From contig JARDVH010000073.1 in the NCBI GenBank assembly GCA_030324005.1, positions 106,789,231 through 106,853,230 on the forward strand: DNA of 64,000 bases. The letters run 5' to 3'. Origin of the DNA: Negaprion brevirostris. Taxonomy: Eukaryota. Within the stretch, counting starts at the first letter, position 1. Every line of letters begins with the position of its first letter. The translations under genes and the position numbers were made by a program. The notes beneath the pieces are model-generated. The model ran no database searches, was not told where the DNA came from, and worked only from the letters and a program-made list of their open reading frames with translations. This document shows, one piece after another, positions 1-10,785 of the stretch.

Positions 1-619
1 GCTTTTTAGAAGCCAGTACAGGATGGCCACAAATGGAGGCCAGTGCCAGCTACTATGCCATTATTAATGTTGCACTATGACCTCATGTCATCAGTCATTG
101 GTAGCATTTGATTTTGCACAAACAGAACTGCTGGAGGCAATTTTCATGTAGTAATAGTCGTTGCAGTTCTTGACTCTGTGGCAGGGTTATGAAAACACAG
201 CTTGCCAAAAGCTGAACAGCTTTCAGTTTTACTGGGAAACTTCACTGTGCTAGTTTCTGTCCATCCACAAACTCCTCTTGGGAAAAGTTACTCCAGAAAG
301 TTGAGAAAAGTTAACTGAGTGATAGACACATTGTGCTCTCATTGTCAGTTTTATAGATCATCAGCAATTAATTTTCACTCAACTTCATCTGCTCATTTTT
401 CAGCATTATCTTGCTCCAGTTTTGTCATCAATTCTGCAAATAGTATTCTCAGGAATGCCTTGAAGTTTTTTTTTTGTGTAAAAAAGGTAAGCAAATGTGT
501 TAAGGCATTTAGATCAAATGCACACATTCATAATTAGTTGTTTCCATATTATGTACTGAATATGGTGGGATGAAAATTCTTGAAGGGACACTTCCTTTAA
601 ATAAATAAGATATACTTAC

Positions 620-672
620 ATTAATAATGACTGCCAACTTCCCAATCCCTCGCAGGATGTCATACCAGATTC
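620..672 (-). CDS. ANO1: Anoctamin exon (53 nt): (G)IWYDILRGIGKLAVIIN
   Basis: gcatttag|GA acceptor, AAT|gtaagt donor; within ORF 509..727. Confidence 0.96.
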
Positions 673-866
673 CTAAATGCAACAGGAAAACCATTACTCT
701 CTTTTGTACCATTTTGGGTATTGTCAAACTAGCTCAACGTTACTCACCTATATAGCTGCTATATCTTCAAATTATTTAAAAGGACAAATCCAACCCACAC
801 TGAATTTCTCTCAAGTTTTTCATTCAGACGTAGTTACAAACACTGAAAATTGACTCAGTGGGATCA

Positions 867-1262
867 GGGGAGGCGATGGCCTAGTTGTATTATTGCTAGA
901 CTATTAATTCAGAAACTCAGCTAATGTTCTGGGGTCCTGGGTTCAAATCGCACTATGGCAAATGGTGGAATTTGAATTAAATTAAAAAAGTATCTGAATG
1001 AAAAATCCACTGATGACCATGAAACCATTGCCGATTGTCAGGATAACCCAACTGGTTCACTAATGTCCTTTAGGGAAGGAAATCAGTCATTCTTACTTGG
1101 TCTAGCCTACATGTGACTCCAGAGACACAGCAATGTCAGTGACAATCAATTGCCCTCTGAAATGGCCTAGCAAGCCACGCATTTTCTAGGGTGGCTAGGG
1201 ATGGGCGAAAAATGCTGGCCAGCCAGTGACACCCATGTCCCATGAATGAATGAAAAAAAAAT
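867..1262 (+). mobile_element. tRNA-headed SINE, 'family A' (name not assigned)
   Basis: A/B-box-like head (tggcctagttgt..gggttcaaatc), core gaaggaaat..ggtctagcctacatgtgactccag, tgaa/A tail; homologous copies at ~3118, 23912, 28097, 44370, 61861. Confidence 0.85.
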
Positions 1263-1923
1263 GAAGAGACAAAACTATAACTACCAATAGAACTGCAACA
1301 GAAAGACAACTGAAGCATCACTGCTGCATCATCTATTTGGAAGGATTCCAATTCAATGGAATAGGTACATAGCAGAGTTGTACAATGATGCATAGGTGTT
1401 GTCATCTGAATACTTTACATAAAAAGCTAAAGACCAGTCTTAGAGCTTCCTCCATTTCGGTGACACAATGAAGGTCAGATGTCACAGCATTGGACACCGA
1501 TAGGGTTGAGAAACTATTCTGACTTCCGCACAGTAGAAAGTTTGTTTGTTGCCCAAAGTATTCCTCAACAGCACCCACTTTGCGAGTAATGGTTGACTCT
1601 GCTTAAACATTGGAGTCAGCACAGAGGGGATATCACTGACATTGTTAGCAGCTGCATTTGATGCAGAAACATGTGAATTGATACAGAANNNNNNNNNNNN
1701 NNNNNCTAGTATATCCCAAAAAAGCGATACAAAAAAAGGTGGAAGTCCAGCTGAAGAGCAAGTACTTACATAGAGTCATTTCAGTCCCAATGCTGCGCAG
1801 GATTAATAGACTGCCGCAGTCCAATAGTGAAAAAGATTGACCATTATAAACGAGGGGGGGGGGTGTGGATGAGAACGCACAGTGAGAAAGAGGGCGTGGG
1901 CATGCGGGTGAGCAGAGACAGAG

Positions 1924-1957
1924 TGGGGGGGGGAGAGAGAGAGAGAGAGAGAGAGAG
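1924..1957 (+). repeat. G run plus (GA)n microsatellite
   Basis: Directly visible. Confidence 0.95.
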
Positions 1958-3117
1958 TGGAAGGAAATATGAAAAAGTGTGCGCAGATTTAAATTTGGAG
2001 CTGTGTCAAGCAGGGTTATTGGGAAGTGCTTTTTCCAAAGTGATGTGTAAATCTGATATCCACATCATCAAAAAACTCAATTTGATCATTTTGAAATTTT
2101 AAAACTGACTGATAGATTCAGTACCCTTAAAGTATCAAAAATCTAAAGTGGCGAGATGGGAGTTAAGATGGAGATCAGCTGTGGTTTAACAGTAGAACGG
2201 TCTTTGGGCGCAAAATTGCATAGTCCTTTTAATATGTTCTTTGGCCTAACTCACAAGACCATGATTTTCTATTTTATGAACTGAACCGGCATTGCTAATA
2301 CTGGTAACTAATCTATGGACCCCTTAAATTATAAAGGATTTTTTTTCCCCCCCATGAAGATTTTTCATCTAACAATTCACAGATAGATTGTGTCAACACT
2401 ATAGTTGGTTTAAGTAAGAATACTATAATGATTCTAGCCAAGTTAGATAAGAGTTAATGTTTTGTTGACCAACCTTGGAATATTGGCTATTTCTGGAGCT
2501 TCCCAACATATGGTGTGTGTATAAATGAAGCCAGAAAACCTGATGGTTACTATCTCCCACAAAATAAAATCTGGGAATTAGCTTCATGACTAGTTTCCAT
2601 GATTTTACAGATGCTACTGAAAATTTAAAAAGCTACTTCCTATTTTTAAATGTGTTAACTCATTGTTTACCATGGAGTGCATCCCAGCTTCAGAACTTGA
2701 GGATTTCAGTGGTGCAAACTCAAATAAAACCTAGAGCAAATGCTGCCAATGCCTCTTATTCAAGTATTGATTTTGTAGGAATATTTCTTGAACATCATTG
2801 TTCTCCTTTCCCCCTCCTGTTCCCTTAAGTGTTTTTTTTTCACTAACTTTGTGAAACTAAGTCCTTTCTTTACCATATAACTAACAAATTTGAAGAATGG
2901 GGTGGTCAGATCAACTCTCTTCCTGACAATCTTAAATGAGCCGTGCATGAATGTCCAGTCCATAATGATACATTTTAATTGCAGAGAATCCTGGTAAAAT
3001 TGCCCCTTCGTGCTTACTTTACAAAGTGTATACTTTGAACCATGAGTCAGTGCTTCCCTTTCACCTGACAGGGGGTATGCAAAGATATTTTGCATATTAT
3101 TCCAGTCAGATTAACAT

Positions 3118-3734
3118 TAAAAAATTTGTTCACAGGATGTAAGCATTGCTGGCCAGGCCAGCATTAAATGCCCTCAGGAATGGACCATAAAAAAAAGAGT
3201 CAACCACACTGCTGTGGCTCTNNNNNNNNNNGAGTAAGGACAGCAGATTTCCTTCTCTAAAGAGAGATTAAAGTTAAAGTTAATTTATTAGTCACAAGTA
3301 AGGCTTACATTAACATTGCTGTGAAATTCCCCTAGTTGCACACTGTGGCGTCAGTTCAGGTCAATGCACCTAATTAGCATGTCTTTCAGAACATGGGAGG
3401 AAACTGAGCACCTGGAGGAAGCCCACACAGACAGTGAGAACATACAAACTCCACACAGTCAGTGATTCAAGCTGGGAATCAAACCCAGATCCCTTGCACT
3501 GTGAAGCAGCAGTGCTAACCACTGTGCCATCCCCAGTGAACCAGATGGTTTTTTTAAAAAAATGACAAAAAATGGTTTTGTGTCCATTAGACTTTTAATT
3601 CCACTTTTTTTTTTAAAACCTCAATTCAAATTTCACCATCTGCCATAATGGGATTTGAACCTCAGTCCCCAGAGAATTATCCTGGGGATCTGGATTACCA
3701 GTTTAGCAACAATACCACCGCACCACCACCTCCC
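3118..3734 (-). mobile_element. Family A SINE interrupted by a V-SINE (3271-3534, same strand)
   Basis: Reverse-complement of the 867-1262 element resumes after the inserted SINE (..ctaaagagagatta | insert | agtgaaccagatgg..). Confidence 0.8.
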
Positions 3735-4100
3735 GTCAAATCAAAAGGCTCAAATATTTAAGCAGAAGAAAGAGTCACCTTTATTCAAGTTACATAATTC
3801 ACTATGCCACAGTCCGGATTAGTTTAGTTAGCAGCGACTTGGCCACAAATTTAAAGGCTTCAAATATCTCTTAACTGAACAGCAACTACAACAAACAATG
3901 ACATTCTAAAAGTGAAGCGGAAGTGCTGGAAATAAAAGTAAAATCACACTTTTCAGAACTTCATTATTAAGACTGATCATTTGCACTTTTTGAAGGGACT
4001 TCCCCCCCCAAACTTTGATCTGTGCACAAGGAGTTAGATGACCTGTTGATGGGCATTTTATTTAGCCTCCAGAATGAATTTTCCTCAGGAAAAAAAAAAT

Positions 4101-4235
4101 GGGTCGGAACTCTGTGACCTGGCCCACGGCTGGGATTCTCCAGTCCCGCTACTACGAATAGAAACTGGGCTGAGCACCAAATTCTCCAGTCTCTGGCAAT
4201 GCAAGTGGAGCAGGTGAGATCAGAGAACCCCAGCC
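4101..4235. mobile_element. MITE-like element
   Basis: Imperfect terminal inverted repeats gggtcggaactct / gagaacccagccc; related copy near 54014-54112. Confidence 0.55.
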
Positions 4236-4762
4236 CTAATTCCTGGACAGTTCCGAACAAAAAGGAATGTCTTCAAAGCACCTTCCGTGTAACATTCCAG
4301 GTTGCACGGTGATAGGATTCATAAGTACAACATGACCAATACATGGGCAAGAACAGTGTGATTATGAGTTCATAAGAACTTGTTGGTAAACACAAGTGGA
4401 AAAAAGTGTTCTTGCAGAGTGAATGCTGATGAGTTGAAAGTAAAGTGGAGGTTTTGCTGAGCATTTGACAGTCAGAGTGTGCTGAAGGGGCACCAGACAT
4501 GAATCAAACTTGATTGTGAATATAAATGATTGCCATTACATCTGTTCATCTCACATGGGAGGCATGGGACTATAATTCCAGTTTGTAAAACCAAATATCC
4601 TGTTAGCAGACTACTTGCATTGAAATTGAGTGAACATGAACAATGGCTTAACAGGATAAAATGTCCAGTATAATTGGAATTCTTTGACTGATTAAAGAAG
4701 GGGTGTTAAACACAAATATTTTAGTTGGAGTGTATAGTAGGGACTGGTTTGTTTGTGAACTT

Positions 4763-5058
4763 GGGACAACATGGTGGCAGTGGTTTAGCACTGCTGCCTC
4801 ACAGCACAAAGGAATCAGGTTTGATTCCCAGCTTAGGTCACGAGAGTTTGCACGTTCTCCTCCTTGTCTGTATGCATTTCTCTGGGTGCTCTGGTTTCCT
4901 CCTGCAGTCTGCAAGACATGCTGGTTAGGTGGTTTGACCATGCTAAATTCTCCCTCAGTGTACCCAAACAGGCACCCGNNNNNNNNNNNNNNNNNNNNNN
5001 NNNNNNNNNNTGACACTGCAATGTAGGCCTACGTGTGCCACTAAGAAATAAATGTTAA
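4763..5058 (+). mobile_element. V-SINE (HE1-like head/core, alternative tail B)
   Basis: ggtggcagtggtttagcactgctgcctcacagc head; gggtgctctggtttcctcc core; gcctacgtgtgccactaagaaataaa tail. Confidence 0.85.
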
Positions 5059-5341
5059 AAGTAACTGATGTATAAAGCAAGTCCTTGTCATTTCACAGCT
5101 CATGAAGAATTTAACAGGTTAAAATTTACAGGGCAGATGGATGCAATTTAACCATCATGAGACACACGCACACTAACTGTTGCGCCAAAACATCTCCTTG
5201 TAATAAATACAAAGTGCCAAACTGTCCATTAATAGATATCTCCTGAAGTGCATCATTTTAGAAACCAAAGTCTCTGATTTGCTTACTCAAAATTAATAAT
5301 TTTAAATTAAAAAATGAGAACGATAAATGAGATTTACTGAC

Positions 5342-5494
5342 CGATATCCTTTGCTTTTGTTGCATCAGGTCTTCGGAGCTCACTGGTAAACTTCTTAGCA
5401 TCCAGACGGATCTCAATGACATTGTTCAGTAGTGCAAATAGCGGAGCGAGCGGGAAGGAGGCCACAAATAGGGTTACAAATCCAAACTGGATTA
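5342..5494 (-). CDS. ANO1: Anoctamin exon (153 nt, TM7-TM8): (I)[50 protein letters not shown]
   Basis: gtttctgcag|TA acceptor, ATCG|gtcagt donor; EIRLD Ca2+-binding motif; not in ORF track. Confidence 0.97.
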
Positions 5495-7866
5495 CTGCAG
5501 AAACAAATCATTTACCTGCAGTCAATAATAGAGTCACACCAGAGGCTGTAACACAAACATGGCTGTCATTAGTTCTGCACATTGCTATGTAAATTTTGGC
5601 CTGTATTTCATGGCCGTAGCAAAGCAATGGTACTTGTTGCCAAGCTCAAATAAATCTGCTGACAATTATCTAGTGGGGCAGATTCACCTTTTCCACATCG
5701 CTTTGGTGCTGGTGCCAAGTCAAGGTCACTACTTGTTTGGGAACAATGGCTACTTATCCTACTTTGATGTCAGAGTGAAGAATCTAGAGTGTTGTACTAG
5801 CTAGATCAATTTGAAATAGTCCATTGAGTCTGTAATGTGGCTCAATTACACTTGTTCAGAAGCAGACAGTCATTTGCTGGGATCCATTCTCTGCAAAAAG
5901 GAAAAGGTTCAAGCCTAGCATCCTTCTGAATTACCCATGAGCTTGGGGAGACAACAATTCCCAGTTGTTTACTCAATGGTTGATAAATCAGCTCTGATTT
6001 GCCAAGATGTTGCCAATCAGCTCCCTTTGCTTCTGTACTATAAATTATTGAGACCATTTGAAATTTGGCATTTGTCCTAATGAGTGCAAGATAAGAAGCT
6101 TTGGCAAGATGTGTCTCTTTTCAGCAACATTAAAGCTTCAGAGGGGTAATGATGGGGAACACCATCAATTTTACTGTCAAAGCGACCGCAAAAAATGGAT
6201 CTTTAAAAGCAAATGGCACATGGTAGTAAACAAAAACAAAACCTCCATTGTATTTTATAATGCACAGTTAAACCCTTGATTCCCATGTGATTCAGTGCAA
6301 ATAACCTATATAAATTCCCAGATGAATCCAAGGCACCTTTCTAAAATTTTTGATATATGATTTACTCATTGAATATTCAGGCATGTTGATAATTACTAGT
6401 ATCTTTATGCCTGAAGTGGAGGTTGATTAATATCCTGCTAGAGCCACTCAGGAGGTTTTAAAATAAGTTTGGTAGGCAGGTGGAACCCAAAGCAGTAGAA
6501 GAGAAAGTTGAGAACACACTAAACAGTGTCAGTAATCTGAGTACTAGACAACTCAGGCAAGAGCAGGGCAGACAGCAAGGGAAGTCTAAATTAAACTGCA
6601 TTTATTTCAACGCAAGAGGCCTGATGGGCAAGGCAGATGAACTCAGTGTGGATAGGTAGACGGGACTGGAATATTGTAACTACTAAAACATGGCTGATGG
6701 TGGACTGGCAGTTCAATGTTCCAGGGTACAGTTGCTATAGGAAAGCTCGAATAGGGAGGTGAGAGGGGAGGGGGAGTTGTGTTTTNNNNNNNNNNNNCGG
6801 ACCGGGGGACATGTGGGTGTGCCCACCGAGGCTACATGCATCAAATGCAGAAAAAGAAGGGGGTGATCACTTTGATAGGATCATACTACAGGTCCTAAAA
6901 TAGTCAGTAGCAAATTGAGGAGCAAATATGCAAGCACATTACATATAGCACCAAGAAAATAATAGCAATTATTAGGGATTTTAACTTTCCCGACATTGAC
7001 TGGGCCAGCCATAGTATTAGAAGCCTGGATGGAGAGCAATTTGAGTGTAGTCAGGAGGAATTTCTCATTCAGTATGTGGATGGCCCAAAGGGGCAAAACT
7101 TGACCTTCTCTTGGGAATTAAGGAAGGGCAAGTGACAAAGGTGTTAGTGATGGACCACTTTGGGACCAGTGACCATAATGCTTAGTTTTAAAGATAGCTA
7201 TGGAGAATGATAGGGCAGGCCAAAAAGTTAAAATTCTAAACTGAGGCAAATTTTGGTGGTATTTGACAGGAACTTTCAACAGTTGCTTGAAGAAGCCTGT
7301 TGGCAGGCAAAATGGATTTCTGGTAAGTGGTGGGCTTTCAAAAAATGTGTTAACCAGGATTCAGGGTAAGCACTTTTTTTAAAAACAAAAAGAGTGAAGG
7401 GCAAGGCTGGTAGAAGTAGAGAACCTGAGATGACTTGGGATATTGAGACCCTCGTCAAAAAGGAGAAGGAGCACAAGACAGAGGCAGCTGGGATCAAGTG
7501 GGTCCCTTGGCATGTAGGGCGTGTTGGAGTAGAGTTGAGAGAAATCAGGAGGGCAAAAAGGGCACACGAGATTGCTTTGGCAGATGAGGCAAAAGAGAAT
7601 CCAAAATACATAAAAGGTACAAAAAAAGTGTAACTAGGGAGAAAATAGGGCCTCTTAAGGATCAACAAGATCATCTACATGCAGATCCATAAGAGATGGC
7701 GACATCCTAAATTAGTATTTCTCATCAGTATTTACTATTGAGAAGGCAGTGGATGTTAGTGAACTTGGGGAAATAAATGATGATCCTTGAAGAGTGTACA
7801 TATTACAGAGAAAGTGATGCTGGAAGCCTTAAAGTGAATCAAGGTAGATAAATCCCCAGGACATGA

Positions 7867-8331
7867 GGGGCACAGCGGTTAGCACTGCTGCCTCAGATCC
7901 AGGGTACTGGGTTTGACTCCCAACTTGGTTGACTGTGTTGAGTTCTCTCATTCTCCTCGTATCTGTGGGTTTCCTCTGGGTGCTCTGGTTTCCTCCCACA
8001 GTCCAAAATTTATGTGGAGTAGGTGTACGGGCCATGTTAAATCAGGGGGATGGGCTAGGATAAATGCGTGGGGTTATGGGAATAGGGCCCAGGGAGGGTT
8101 TGGGGGTGGGGGGGGGGGGGGTGGTGGAGAGGAAGATTGTGGTCATTGCAGAGTCGATGGGCCAAATTGCCACCTTCTGNNNNNNNNNNNNNNNNNNNNN
8201 NNNNNNNNNNNNNNNNNNNNNNNNNNNNNNNNNNNNNNNNNNNNNNNNNNNNNNNNNNNNNNNNNNNNNNNNNNNNNNNGTGCAGAGTCGATGGGCCAAA
8301 TGGCCTCCTTCTGGACTGTAGGATTCTATGA
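7867..8331 (+). mobile_element. HE1-type V-SINE nested in CR1
   Basis: SINE head and core, tail gatgggccaaatggcctccttct..ggattctatga; splits the CR1 sequence tccccaggac|gtgtatcccagg. Confidence 0.85.
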
Positions 8332-8540
8332 CGTGTATCCCAGGAAATTGAGAGAAGGAAATTGCAGGTCTCTACCAGAGATATTTGAATTGACAGCCAC
8401 AGGTGAGATGCCTGAAGATGGGAAGGTGGCAAATGTTGCGTCTTTATTTCAAAAGGGCTGCAGGGAAAAGCCTAGGAATTGCAGGCCAGTGAGCCTAACA
8501 TCTGCAGTGGCAAGTTGTTAGAAGATAATCTGAGAGACAC

Positions 8541-8674
8541 AAGCTGGAATTTTTTCATCTTGCCTGCCATGGGAATAGTTGTGGAAAGGGGTGGGGGAGG
8601 AGAAGAGGAAGGTAGGGCCATGGAAGATCAGCATTCTCCAGTTATGAGATGAGTGTGGCTGGAGAATCCCGCCC
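8541..8674. mobile_element. MITE nested in CR1
   Basis: gctggaatttttt..ggagaatcccgccc ends; internal similarity to 23731-23869 and 47760-47885. Confidence 0.65.
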
Positions 8675-10635
8675 AGAATTTGCAAGCATTTGCAGAGGCG
8701 AGGGTTGATTAGGGACAGTCAGCATTGCTGAGAGTGGAAAATCATACCTCATGAATCTGATTGAGTTTTCATGAAAGGGTAACCAAGAAGGTAGATGAGG
8801 GCAGTGCAGTTGACATTATCTACGTGGGCTTGAGCAAGACCNNNNNNNNNNNNNNNNNNNNNNNNNNNNNNNNNNNNNNNNNNNNNNNNNNNNNNNNNNN
8901 NNNNNNNNNNNNNNNNNNNNNNNNNNNNNNNNNNNNNNNNNNNNNNNNNNNNNNNNNNNNNNNNNNNNNNNNNNNNNNNNNNNNNNNNNNNNNNNNNNNN
9001 NNNNNGTTATCTCATTTATTAATGATTTGGATGAAAATTTAGGAGGCATGGTTAGTAAGTTTGCAGATGATACCAAGGTTTTTAGCATAGTGGAGAGTGA
9101 AGGTGGTTATCCAGGGTTGCAATGGGATCTTGATCAATTGGGCAAGTGGGCTGAAGTTTGATCTAGACAAATGCGAGATGATACATTTTGGTAGATCAAA
9201 CCAAGGCAGAACTTAAATTTATGGTAGGGCATTGGGGAGAGTTTTAGAACAAAGATCTCAGGTACAACTTCATAACCCCTTGAAAGTAGAGTCACAGGTG
9301 GACAGAGTGGTGAAGGTGGCATTCTGCATACTTGGTTTCATTGGTCAGAACATTGAGTACAGGAGTTGGGATGCCTTGTTGAAGTTGTATAGACATTGAT
9401 AAGGCCACATTTGGAATACTGTGTACAGTTCTGGTCACCCTATTATAGAAAGTATATTATCAAACTAGAAAGAGTGCAGAAAAGATTTACTAGGATGCTA
9501 CTGGGACTTGATGGTTTGAGTTATGAGAGGCTGGATAGACAGACTTTTTTTCCCTTGAACCATTGGAGACTTGGGGTGATCTTTCAGACATCTATAAAAT
9601 AATGAGGGGCATAGAGGTAGATAGTCAACAACTTTTCTCAAAGATAGGGGAGTCTAAAACTAGAGGGCATAGGCGTAAGAGGAGAGGGGAGAGATACAAA
9701 AGGGTCCAAGGGGTAATTCTTTCACAGAGGGTCCAGTATGTCTGGAACAAGTTGCCAGAAATAGTAGTAAAGGTGTGTGCCATTTTGTCTTTTAAAAAGC
9801 ACTTAGACAGTTAACATGAGTAAGATTGGTATAGAGGGATATGGGCCAAAATGCAGGCAATTGGGACTAGCTTAATGGTCAAAAAACTGTGCAGCATGGA
9901 CAAATTGGGCCAAATGGCCTGTATCCATGCTGTAAATCCCTATGACTGTGACACTGTACAATATAGGTCACACCATCATGTGACATGTCTGAAGCAGGCA
10001 AAGTAATGACTTGCACAACTTACAAAAAAGGTGAAACTTGAGGGAAGCAGGATGAACTAGGATTCTAAATTAGTCTGATAATTTGTACTGAGTTTGACAA
10101 AAAAAGTGCGCAATTTAATGCTTTGAGGATTAAAAATCTTGGTTTTACGTTTAAAAAATCTCATGTAGAAGGAACATTTAAATTATTTTACAAGACAGCA
10201 ACAAGTGGAAAGACTCACCTCAACAATAGCTGAGCCAAAATAGAAAACACTCTGAAGGAAACCAATGATTAGTTTGGTATTTTAACCGCTGTTGCTCTTA
10301 ATTCTCCCTCATTTTCAAAACAACATCTGGACAAAGCCCACAGGATTAGTGTCCCTGCTGCGCTTTTCAAAAGTGAGCATCACTCAGGTTGGATGGACAT
10401 TGAATAAATATTTGGTTGGAAACTCTGGAGAATGTATTCTTGTCAGCAACTTGGATGAGACAAGGAAGTTTCACAGTTTCTGTTAGTGGGAAAGGCTTTT
10501 GTGAATGGGCCATCATTAAAATCAGCAACAACCTGTGAAACATCGCAGTTTACGACTACTGCGAGCCAGTCAGCAGAACGCAGCTCAAGGCGGACTTTAT
10601 AACTGTCCGTGGGCAAGGAACTTTCGATACACAAA

Positions 10636-10785
10636 AGAACATTGCACTTATATACATGGTGCCTTTCATGTAGCCCGTGAAATCCCAAAGCACTGCTAAT
10701 TAATTAATTTTAGAAGCACTGTCACTTTTGTTTGTTTGAAATAAAGTGGCCAATTTGCAACCAAAGTCCCACAAACAATGTGGCA
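10636..10785 (-). mobile_element. Old DeuSINE (AmnSINE1/SacSINE1-like) remnant
   Basis: gcacttatata..gcctttcatg..tcccaaagcact..ggccaatttgc..tcccacaaaca resembles the reverse Deu-domain and tail (from memory); similar + strand remnant at ~40635-40760. Confidence 0.55.

Larger units (their letters stand above)
6375..9950 (+). mobile_element. Decayed long CR1-type LINE (HER1-like) spanning most of ORF2; carries nested SINE and MITE
   Basis: Endonuclease start LNCIYFNARGLMGKADEL (~6590); AKENPK; NCRPVSLTS; KFADDTK (~9057); RPHLEYCVQFWSP; LERVQKRFTRM; many stops and frameshifts. Confidence 0.93.

Noticed and set aside
867-960. tRNA-like A/B boxes at SINE heads
   Set aside because: SINE promoters with no complete cloverleaf; not tRNA genes.
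1770-1830. ILRSIG in one minus frame resembling ILRGIG of the 620-672 exon, suggesting a duplicated mutually exclusive exon
   Set aside because: Splice phases and length do not fit that frame and similarity is limited to six residues; kept only as a poison-exon candidate.
8147-8312. Direct repeat tgcagagtcgatgggccaaa on both sides of an N run
   Set aside because: Most likely an assembly overlap or simple tail duplication within one SINE.
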